A DNA stretch of 64,000 bases from Vairimorpha necatrix. Its lineage: Eukaryota. Under the pieces are notes generated by a model. The model ran no database searches. It was not told where the DNA came from and was given only the letters and a program-made list of their open reading frames with translations. The stretch spans positions 620,001 through 684,000 of the forward strand of contig CP142731.1 in the NCBI GenBank assembly GCA_036630325.1, read 5' to 3'. Position 1 is the stretch's first letter, and the number at the start of each line of letters is the position of its first letter. Positions 26,347 to 37,014 of this stretch are shown one piece after another. The position numbers and the translations under genes are program-made.

Positions 26347-29300
26347 TAAACATTTATTCTAGAATAGGGGCTATAAATAATTATTATTTCACTCAACATC
26401 CCCCTCATTCAAAATAATCCTCTACTATTAGCTTAAGTTGCGAGCCATGTCGCTTTATAGTTTTATTATGGACCTTAACGTTATAAGAATTATTTCCTAA
26501 AATATTAATAATTATACCTTGCGATTCCAATCTAGGTTTCCCCTTTGTTAAATCGGTTTCTCTTCTAATTATAACTCTATCTCCCTCTTTAAAAATAAAT
26601 TCAGCTCCTCTTTTCTTCTGTCGTTGGTTGAATTTTACGATTTCTTCGAATTGTTTTAGTTTAATCTCCTGAGCTCTCTTAGGATTACATGCTTCGTCTG
26701 GCGACCTGCCAAGAGCGGAGTGTCTAACATTATTGTATACATCTAGTACACGCTTAGTTTTTGTCTTCAAATTTCCAAAACTATTATCTTTATATATACC
26801 TTCCTGTATTGTCCTATTAAATCTTTCTATTCTTCCGTTTGATTGGTGATGAAAAGGGGAAATATAATGAATTTTAACATTATTTCTCGTTGCCCATTGT
26901 TTTACCTCAATACTCAAATTTTCTTTTGACTGATCAAGAATTAGTATTTTAATCTTTATGTCATTATAAACTTCATCAAAAAATTTCACTGGCTTATTAC
27001 TCTCTCTAGTAGTAATGACTTTAGCCCATGCTTTCCTTGTAAAATAGTCGATCGCCGTAATTATATAGCTTCCATTGATTGGTCCTATAATATCGGCAGC
27101 TACCTTTTAGCCAGGTTCGTATGCTGTCACAAATATAAATTTTTTTCCTCTTTGTGGATTGTACATCTTACATCTTAGACATTTATTAATTTCCGTTTTT
27201 ACCATATGCGACATATCTTTCCAATGATATTTTTTCCTTAATTCATTTTCAATAACTTTTGATCCTCTGTGAACTAATTCTATATGTTTATTCCTTATGA
27301 TAGACCTTTTTTCTTCTTCGCTAAATTCAATCATATTTATTTCATCCGTATTTAACTCATTAAGATAAGATCTTGACAAACAATCGACGTGAGGAATATC
27401 TGTCCCCTTTTTGTACTCGATCGTGTAATTATACTCACTCAATTTATCAAGCCACCTTTGTATACGTAACGATTTTATTTCGCCTTTATTTAGGACCTCT
27501 AGAGCTTTGTGATCAGTTATTACTTTAAACTCATTTCCATATAAAAAATATCTAAAATTTTCCATTCCCCATAGGACACCCAAGCATTCTTTCTCGCTGA
27601 TACTGTAATTTCTTTCCGCTGGAACCAATCTTCTAGAAGCGTACGCGATTGGGTACACATGCCCTTCATTTTCTTGTGACAAGATCGCTCCCAGACCAGA
27701 GTCACATGCATCCGTTTCTAATATGTAAGGTTTACTAAAATCTGGCTGTTTAAGCACACTGCTCGACAATACAATTTTCTTTAATGTATTAAAAGCAGCA
27801 TCCTGTTCCTTCCCCCAATTAAATTGAATATCATTTTTTGTAAGATCATATAAACATCCTCCGATTTTTGAACAATTAGAAATAAATTTTCTATAATAAT
27901 TAATAAGTCCCAGAAATTCTTGCAGTCATTTTTTATTGATTGGTCTTTTCATATCGTTAATTGCTTGGTCCCGTGTAATTTTTGGCTTAATTTCGTTATA
28001 TGCTATTAAATGTCCCCAAAAGGTAAGTTCTTTAACCTTATATATTGTTTTATCCTCATTAATACCTAAGTTATAGCTTTTAAGCTTTGTTATGATCTTC
28101 TCATAATTAAAATCATGTCCTTCCTCGTTTTCTCCAAAAACCAGTATGTCATCCACATACACGAAGCAACTTTTCCCTATTTCTTCTTGTAAAACATCAT
28201 CTATAAATCTTTGAAAAATTGCCGGAGCATTTTTAAACCCCATTGGCATAACGTTCCATTCATATAATAGGTGCTTAAATCTGAAATCGGTCTTATATCT
28301 ATCTTTTTCCGCCAATTCTATACAAAAAAATGCATCTTTTAAATCCAATTTACTAAAATATTTTTTCCCACGAAGCCCGTATAAAAGCTTACCAATGTGT
28401 GGTAAGGAGTAATTATCTAGCTCTATCAATTTGTTTAACGAAACTAAATTTGTAGTAACTCTTATAGAATCATCTGGTTTAATTACTGGTCTTAAATTAT
28501 TCAACCACGTTGATTTTGATTTTCTTATGTAATTTTTCCTTAGTAGTTCTTTGATAGATTTTTCCACCCCTTCTTCTAACTTTTTTGGTAGTGTATAGAC
28601 CTTTTCAACAATTTTTTCTCCTTTTATCGTATTTATTTCACAAATTCTATTGCTAGACACCCTTTTCAATATTTCTTGTAATGTCTTTTTTCCTACAAGT
28701 ATTTTAAATTTTTCCACCTTAGGGAATATAAAAAATTTAGAACGATAACTTTTACCACCATAAGAGAAATCTAATATCACATATTCTGTAATCCCGAATC
28801 TTTCTTCTAAACATGTAAAAAAATATATTTCCTCTGTACTTCTATAAATTTTTAAAGTTAGTTCAGAAGCAGCCTTTTTACTCATAAAATTATAGTAAGA
28901 ACCCGAGTCAAAAGTTACATTAATTTTTTCATTATAAACATATATTAAATCTTTTTTATTGTTAATAAAGTTTGCATCCAACATTCCGCCTTCTTGGTGG
29001 ATCTCATTTATCCTTTTATACTGTAGTTGTTTACCATCAGTTCTTTTCTTCTTCGCAAAACAGTCTTTAGCAATATGCCCATTTTTGTGGCAAAAATAAC
29101 ATGAATATCTTTTGTTGATGTTATTGGAGGCAGGTTGTCTTATTTTTGTTATATCGTTATTTTCCTTTTCCATTTCATCAATTATTTCAAGGAATTCTTT
29201 ATTAATTTCATATTGCCCTGTTAAAACCATTTTTATAGCCTTATATCTTGGTAAAATTCCATTTCTTATGATCTTCCTTTTATCAGTATTTCTGATATTT

Positions 29301-29680
29301 TCCTTTAGACATTTCTTTTCTACATCTTTGATAAATTCCACAATACTTTGGTTTTCTTTTTGTTTTTGAGTATATAATTCGTACAATCCAGTACCGCAGT
29401 CAAATTCCGTTTCTGCCAACTCTTTCCACATTTCAAATGTTAATGAACATTTCCGTTTCTCCTTCATTAACTTACTATGCCAATCTAGTATCTCAATGTT
29501 GGCTTTATGAATAAAATAATCAATTTTTTCCTCATTTGATAATTTATTAAAACTGGAAAGTAAAGAAGCTCTTTGTAGCTCCTGCAAGATATTTTCACTA
29601 CTAATCTCTGTTTTCATATTCTCCACCATAAACATTTATTCTAGAATAGGGGCTATAAATAATTATTATTTCACTCAACA
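26347..29680 (-). mobile_element. Full-length mini Gypsy element F (3334 bp)
   Basis: Identical 52-bp LTRs (26347-26398, 29629-29680); TSD atttc; PBS TGGTGGAGAAT; PPT gaggggga; CCHC, FDSGS, YVDD, TDAC and IN motifs. Confidence 0.97.
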
Positions 29681-30780
29681 ATTTCAAAGGAATATTTCAA
29701 ACATTTTAGGAGATTTAGATAATGTATTTGTTTTTATAGATGATATTGTGATTGGCGCTACTTAAAAATTCGCACCCCCCTAAAAAAAATTACATTGACC
29801 AATTAAATTCATATAAAAAAAAATATTTTTAACCCTTAAAATCATATTTAAAACAATATTTTTATGAAAATATGAATTTACAAAAGTTAAAATATTTAAA
29901 AAAACAGTTATAACATATTATTTAGTTCAAAAATTTAATTACTTTAACATAGAAAAAATTTCAATTATTTTTACGAAGGCTAATTTGATTGTAAATGGTT
30001 TTGAATATTCTATATTTTCTTTTTTCCATTTAAACTCATCTAACCAACATTTAATTCTTATTTTATTTATTCCTCCACGCTTTCTATAATCATGATTAAG
30101 ATGCGACCACATATTTTCTACATAATTTGTTTTGTCCTTCTTCATCACAAAATCCCATAGAGTGACTTACCACATTATGTTGAGAATTAAATTCACTTAT
30201 AGCATGTGGATAGGATGGATAACCATCAGTTACTATATCCGTGCCTACTTTTACATATTTTTTTAATACTAGTAAAATCGTTTCCCATTTTCTATTGGGT
30301 ATTAGTTCCACAAAAAACTCTCTACAATTTCCTTCCAACACACCTCCTATTATCCACTGAATTCCAGGTTCAGAATTTAATCGACTAGACGGATTCGATA
30401 CTATAATTCCATTACAAATAGCTGTTTCGTCTATTTGTATCCTCTGACCAACTCCACCTATCGTTGTAACAACAGTAGAACACTTGGAAATTGTTTCCAT
30501 TATTATTTCTTTTACAGAAATATATGTTGGTTCAGAAGTTTCACACATGTTGATGGCCTGAAAATTAGTATATGACAAACACCAACAATAAATGCTTCGA
30601 AGAATTTTTTTAAATTCAATATCTAAAGATTCAAATTTAGAACCTTTATTTAATGAACATCTTCGTTTACAAATTTTTTTGCTACATTTGTACCCCTTTC
30701 CTTGAGAAAACAAAGATATGTTTTGAATAAACATAATTCCTTTGCACTGATCATTAGTACAGGGAATACGGGGATATAAC

Positions 30781-32843
30781 TGTGGTGTTTCCACCAGGAA
30801 GATGGCCATAATGTAAATAGCATTTAAGAATGCTTCTCCCTGCAATATTGTAAAGTATATTTTTATTTAAATTATGTTTATTAAATTGCCCCTGTGGGCT
30901 TTCATAGTTCCTCATGTGAGGGGGTAGGGTGTAAGATACCCTCCCGTTATCGTTGTAGACTCTCTGTTCTCTTCTCATCTAAAAATCGATGGGTCAAAAT
31001 AAAAGAAAATATTTATAGCAAAATATTTTCTAGAAAATTCATTTGGAGGGAAAATAAAATAAAAATAAGTAATGTGGTAAATAATACCACATACTACCTC
31101 CTCCACAGAGTCAACAATGTAGAATAGGCGTTCCTCCGTAATCGCCAAATGATTCTTTCCATAATTTTTTAGTATTGGTTGGGCTTGATGTTTGTGACCT
31201 CAAATCAAGGTTAGAATTCAATTCATGATACTTCAGCTTCTTACGTACACGTTTTCCTCCATATCTACTTCTATCAAATAGCATCTGCTGTGTCCTATTT
31301 CCTCGCCAATGTTTTCTAAATGCGCCACGATTTAATTTATTTTCAATCTTATCATTACCATTTTTAGGTAATGATAAAGCTTTCGGCTGCAGGTGGTTAT
31401 CTTTAACATTTTCAGGCGGCTTACTTCTTTCTTTGTTATATAATTGACATTTTCTTGAATATACACCTTCTAATGGTAGTGTATTCCCTGTCTTTTTCAC
31501 ACAGTTAATTTTAATATTAGCAACTTTTGCTTGTTCAGCTTCGATTTTTTTATTTGAGACACCTTCTATTCCATACCCCGTTCGAATGATATTTTTCTTT
31601 ATTGGGGGTAGTTGGTCGATAGTAATGTTTTTAATTGGTTTCTGAATTATAAAGCAATTACTCTCGTTGTCGTTTTTGTTTAATATTTCACCCTTATTAT
31701 TATAGTTGTTGAGAATTTTCCTATTATCTGTAATTTCTCCATTTTTGACATCTAGTCCTTTCATACGGCAATCTTGTGTATTATGTGATCTCGCTCGATG
31801 TATAGAGCACCATTTATTATTATTCATGGGGGTATTTGATACTTCCCGATTATTATTATAATTTCTCGTAAGATCAACGGGTCTTATATTCATGTTAGCT
31901 AGTGTTCCCTGCAAGATAATATTTTCTTCCAACCCTTGCAGATATCTAACTAATTCAACTGTCGGGCAGTTGTCTAATCGTTGTTTATAAATTTCAATTG
32001 CAGTAAAACTGCTCAATCCTCTATTAAATGCTTCATATAATCTGTTTTCAGACTCTTTCTTGCTCAAGGCATTCATAATACCATAAATTTCAATTATACT
32101 CGCCACTTCATTATAATAGTCGACTATATACTTATATTGAACCTGTTTTACGGTTTCCAACTTTATCAGTAATAACCTGGCATCGCTTTTAGGATAAATT
32201 TCTTCAATTATCTCTTCTCTCAGTTTCCTATAGCTGTTTCTTGTTAAGCTATCTTCAATTCTATCATCGTCAATTAAAGAATGGTAAATTATACCCATCT
32301 GTTCATCCGTCCATTCATTGGCAGTAGCCAATGCTTCAAATTTCTCCATATGTTTTAAATTACAATCTCTTTTAATGTCTTTAATTTTATAGATTTTTTC
32401 TTGGATGGTAATTGGAGTTCCAATTACTTTTTTCTCAAAGGTTACACTTTCCTTTGGAACATTAACTTCACTCAATAGTACTTGGTTTTTTTTCTTTATT
32501 GTAAGTGAATCTCTAACACTTAATGAATTCATTGTGGTGTTTCCACCAGGAAGATGGCCATAATGTAAATAGCATTCAAGAATGCTTCTCCCTGCAATAT
32601 TGTAAAGTATATTTTTATTTAAATTATGTTTATTAAATTGCCCCTGTGGGCTTTCATAGTTCCTCATGTGAGGGGGTAGGGTGTAAGATACCCTCCCGTT
32701 ATCGTTGTAGACTCTCTGTTCTCTTCTCATCTAAAAATCGATGGGTCAAAATAAAAGAAAATATTTATAGCAAAATATTTTCTAGAAAATTCATTTGGAG
32801 GGAAAATAAAATAAAAATAAGTAATGTGGTAAATAATACCACA
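30781..32843 (-). mobile_element. Gag-only non-autonomous LTR element H
   Basis: 311-bp LTRs (30781-31091, 32533-32843; 1 mismatch seen); TSD ataac; PPT ggaggaggtag. Confidence 0.95.
31111..32730 (-). CDS. gag: Intact Gag-like protein (539 aa) starting inside the 5' LTR
   Basis: Retrotransposon gag helical core and WCSIHRARSHNTQDC knuckle; no PR, RT or IN motifs. Confidence 0.85.
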   Translation of the reverse strand: MRREQRVYNDNGRVSYTLPPHMRNYESPQGQFNKHNLNKNILYNIAGRSILECYLHYGHLPGGNTTMNSLSVRDSLTIKKKNQVLLSEVNVPKESVTFEKKVIGTPITIQEKIYKIKDIKRDCNLKHMEKFEALATANEWTDEQMGIIYHSLIDDDRIEDSLTRNSYRKLREEIIEEIYPKSDARLLLIKLETVKQVQYKYIVDYYNEVASIIEIYGIMNALSKKESENRLYEAFNRGLSSFTAIEIYKQRLDNCPTVELVRYLQGLEENIILQGTLANMNIRPVDLTRNYNNNREVSNTPMNNNKWCSIHRARSHNTQDCRMKGLDVKNGEITDNRKILNNYNNKGEILNKNDNESNCFIIQKPIKNITIDQLPPIKKNIIRTGYGIEGVSNKKIEAEQAKVANIKINCVKKTGNTLPLEGVYSRKCQLYNKERSKPPENVKDNHLQPKALSLPKNGNDKIENKLNRGAFRKHWRGNRTQQMLFDRSRYGGKRVRKKLKYHELNSNLDLRSQTSSPTNTKKLWKESFGDYGGTPILHC

Positions 32844-33172
32844 ATAACAAGTTGTTCTTCAATCCGTAGTCGATTGCCCTGTCATTATCAGTGAAAATAG
32901 GATTGTATGGATTGAATTGAAGCATTTCGTCCATCATACTGTTCATTATAAGGGATAGATAAAATAAAAAAATTTCACGTTCAAAATACCATTACTTAAA
33001 AATTCGCACCCCCGGAAAAAAATCCTTTAAAATTTGATTTTATCTCATTTTATACCAAATAATTTTTTTTCAGTGAACGTATTTTTTAGGGGGGTGCGAA
33101 TTTTTAAGTAGCGCCTTGTGATTTATAATAAAACAAAGGAAAGTCATTTAATTTTCTTAGAAAAAATACTAG

Positions 33173-33385
33173 TGCCATGTCTTGGCGGTACCTTGTTTGT
33201 TTTTAAAAAGGAAATGTAAATAGATTTACATGTTGAAGAGTAATTCATATTTATTTAAAAATAATTTTCTTAAGTAGTTTTTTCTGAATCAAATCAAATA
33301 TAATTGGTTACACGGGTACCAATTAAAACATTGATCTGAAACAACTATTCACTTGAGTATAATTGGTCATAGTGAGGGTATGACA
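33173..33385 (-). mobile_element. Solo LTR of family D
   Basis: 213 bp, near-identical to the D LTRs; TSD actag. Confidence 0.95.
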
Positions 33386-34125
33386 ACTAGAAATATTATT
33401 CAGCAAAAATGTCCAATAAATTTCGAAAAATCGAAGTTTTATACACATGAAATTGAATTTTGGGTTACAAAATAAAACACGAAGGAATTTTCCATAAAAC
33501 CAATTATTTGAATAATAGAATATTCGAGAAGAAATAAAAACAAAAAAAAATTTACAAAAACTGTAGGAGTAATAAACTGGTACAGAAAGTTTATTCCAGA
33601 TCTATCGATATGGATTAATAAATTAACCGATATGTTAAAGAACAAGAATGAATATAAAATCAAAGTAACGACCGAAATGAGAAAGACAATTGACAGAATT
33701 AAAGAGTGGATTTTGTGTAATCACAAGTTATTATTTCCCGATTACGATAGTAAATTTACATTACAAGTTGTCGTAGCGAAATAGGGTTAGGAAGTACGCT
33801 AAAACAAAAGGGTAAAATCATTAGATATTATAGTAAAAAATTTTCTGGTCCAGAATTAAATTACAGTATTGTTGAGAAGGAATTTTTGGCAATAGTTTTA
33901 TCTATGCTCAATTTTAAAAACATAATCCAAGGATCTTATGTAATGATTTATACTGATAGTAAATATTGTATCTATGAAAATAAAATAGAAACATCAAGAA
34001 TTAATAGATGGAAATTGTTGTTAAATGAATTTAGTTTTTCACTAAATCATATAGATGGAAATAAAAATTGTATGGCATATAACCTATCAAAAAATTTCAT
34101 TGGAATCGGAAATAATGAAAACAAT

Positions 34126-34431
34126 TGTGGTATTATAAATACCACAAATTATTTATTTTTATTTTATCAATTTTCCCTTTTTGGAAAATAGACCATTCGA
34201 CCGGTCTATTCCAAAAATCAAATATTTATTTCCTTTTTGCCCTGACCCCCACAAAATTATGAGACAAGACAAAGATCAGTACCCTTGGAATCTACGACCA
34301 AAAAAGGGCCTCAGAGCCAGGGACCAGTATCCCATTACGGATGCCCAACGAGGCTTTAATCAATCAAATAAAACGTATAATTTAATAGAACTATATTTGT
34401 CCAGAGGTAGCTCCTCTGGATTGCGTCAACA
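34126..34431 (+). mobile_element. Solo LTR L (306 bp)
   Basis: TGTGG...CAACA ends; TSD acaat/ataat; same architecture as the H, B and I LTRs. Confidence 0.75.
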
Positions 34432-34552
34432 ATAATCACGAAAAAATTATTAAACTAAACCAAGAATGTTGTCTTAAAGATAAAGGTGGTGACTTTATAG
34501 TTGATAAAGAAAAGCGCTACATAGTTAAATTTAACTAAATAAAGAAATTTAT

Positions 34553-37014
34553 GGTGTCCGATGAATTCACCGACAGCAATTCACCGAAAAATTGAAATAT
34601 ATATTTTTTATAAGGATATTTATGATATATATATATTTCATTTTAAATTTTTTCTTTTATGTATGTATCAATATCTTGTGCAATATAGCATTTGGATGTT
34701 AGGTACATGACCGTTTGGAACCCGCTTTGGGAAAATGAACCCGCATTGGGAAAATGAACCCGCTTTGGGAAAATAAACCCGCATTGAAATTTTAAAGGAC
34801 CCCCCTTTAAAAAAATGGCAAAATTGGCAAAAACAATGTTTGTTGAGGCAGATGAGGTTTTTAGTGATGTAATGTATTTATACGTGGAATATAAAGAAAA
34901 GTTTATTTTGGAAACATTTGATGCTTAATCGGCGTGCGCCTTGCTCGTTTCTGTAACTAGTAGAATACTGCTTTTTTCTTGAGGTGATACAAGAAAATGT
35001 ATAACCTGTTTCTATATGATCTCTAATCAATGGGCAGCATATGATGTCACATTAGCTAAGCAAAGGGATGGAGCACAGTACTAAGAATCACTCCATAAAT
35101 GCCGTAACCTCTAGCGATTCTGAGTCACAATATTATATAATTTAGTTGGTTTCGGCTCATTCCTATAAGAGATATTTGATCTTAACATAAACAAAGAAGA
35201 ACACTATGAGTACCTTTTACAGTTTCACTAGGCTTTTCAAATTCCCAAAAATTAACGGATAAATTGTCTTCTGTCATTATTTAAAATAAATCATCAAGTC
35301 CTTTTTTTATAACTTTTTTTTATTTTTCCCTTTTTTTAAATTTTTCAAAGCGGGTTTATTTTCCCAAAGCGGGTTCATTTTCCCAATGAGGGTTCATTTT
35401 CCCAAAGCGGGTTCCAAACGGTCATGTACCGAATATTAATATATTTATATCACTTTTTGAATTAAAAAATGTAAAAAGTATCAGAATGTTTATAAAAATA
35501 AAAAAATAATATTAAATATAAAAATCTATTTAATTTAATATTAAAATGTCAGTTTATGGGCAATGGCACGAAAAAATTCTATAATATTTTCTCGATGAAA
35601 ATTGGACACTACATTTAGAATTCTCGTTCTACAATCGCGATACTTTTTTTTTAGAAGGAGGAGCTATAAAGCCAGACGGTAATTGTTCTATTCGAACTTC
35701 ATTTAGAGATTGTTCCTTTTTTAAGCAATTTATAAGCTTACAAATATTCAGGAGAGTACCACCAGCTTGCGACTCGAACCCACGATGTCAACCTTCGACC
35801 GAGTTTTTGGTCCTCGGAGGACCATCTATTGTTCTGGAGTACATATTCCATATGTGCTATGTAAATTTCGGGGCTTGACGTCGTCTTCGGTTTGGGCGGC
35901 CAATCCAAGTATCTTCAAAATAATCTAAGACGGCCAGAGCTTCGATGGGCAGTATTCTGTCACACAATTCTTCAAAAAACTATAACAACAAAATTGAAAG
36001 GCACAAATGCGATCATTGCCAGCGATCTTATTTGCAGTGCAAATTCTGGATCTGCATCGTACAGTAGTTTGAATCCATGATTTTAAACGGCTCGAAAAAT
36101 GCACTGTGAGAAATGAAAAAAGCATCCTTTTACACTTGCACCAAGAAACTGTACTGAAATAGGATTCATCATGGCCTTTTCAAAATCTACAGTTATGGAT
36201 TGCGCTTTAATGATGGTTCCAAATCTTTTAAAATGCAAAGAAACTTAGAATATGTTTGCTCTAATTTATTTGGCAATAGAGCGAAGACCAAGGAAATAGA
36301 AGCACTTTGTTTTAGACCGTGAATTGTGTACAATTGATGAAATAATAATGGTACGATTTTAAAGGTGTCATCTGCGTACCAAAGTTGACTATCTGCCAAA
36401 AGCCGTAAATTGTGATTCGTCGAAAAAATTAAAATTCTGTTTTCATCTGCTCCAGAATCATACAGTAGAAAGGGGTCACCTCTTGTCGTTTCTTTAACTT
36501 CGTCTGTAAATTCAATTTCATGCTGCGAATTTAGGAGTGCTGGCTGGATTCTGCAATTTGTCGAATATAACGAACGCTACGTTTCATATTGTCGATCGAT
36601 GGCAGTTTTGGAGCTGCAGCTTGGCTGCATAGGGACAAACAATTTGATATAATTGATTGTGGCGCTTCTCTAGAGGGTTTTTCCAAGTCTCGAACATTTG
36701 CATATATTTTATCGGCTTCGACTTTAGCAGCATCTCCAGAATGATTGTGTTCGACGCACGCTTTAATTGCCCCATTACACATTGTAATCACTCTGTCTTG
36801 AACTTGTACTTTTGATAATATTCACATTTCCAATATATTTTGGATTTTTCCCATCCCTCTTTTTCTACAAAGAAAAGATGACCTTCTAGAATTAATTTTT
36901 TCTTCCCCTTTTCAAAGAGTAAATTTTCGATCTGCATTATTAAAATTTGGGGTTCAGAATTAAAATGTTTGAAAATTTAAAAAAAATGTACAATTTTTAC
37001 GTAAAATATACATC
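34553..37014 (-). mobile_element. Second MULE (FLYWCH + MULE transposase pseudogene, ~35540-36937)
   Basis: YWKCE..HNH, LWYADDTF, QLYTIHG, LLPNK motifs; TIR-like end at 34553; other end not found. Confidence 0.8.
34702..35430 (+). mobile_element. Non-autonomous Merlin derivative (MITE-like) with 19-bp subterminal repeats
   Basis: TIR ggtacatgaccgtttggaacccgc; unit gaacccgcWttgggaaaat x3-4 at each end; TSD ggatgtta/gaatatta. Confidence 0.85.

Larger units (their letters stand above)
29754..33115 (-). mobile_element. Merlin transposon G, interrupted by element H
   Basis: TIR ggcgctacttaaaaattcgcacccccc; TSD ttgtgatt; removing H rejoins KNNL-LYPRIPC; IQIDET and VTDGYPSY motifs. Confidence 0.95.

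Noticed and set aside
30096-30978. ORFs 30096-30845 and 30754-30978 as novel genes
   Set aside because: Chimeras of the H 3' LTR with the interrupted Merlin transposase
34718-34787. Regular 19-bp repeats as a CRISPR array
   Set aside because: No spacers; they are subterminal repeats mirrored at the other end of a TIR element
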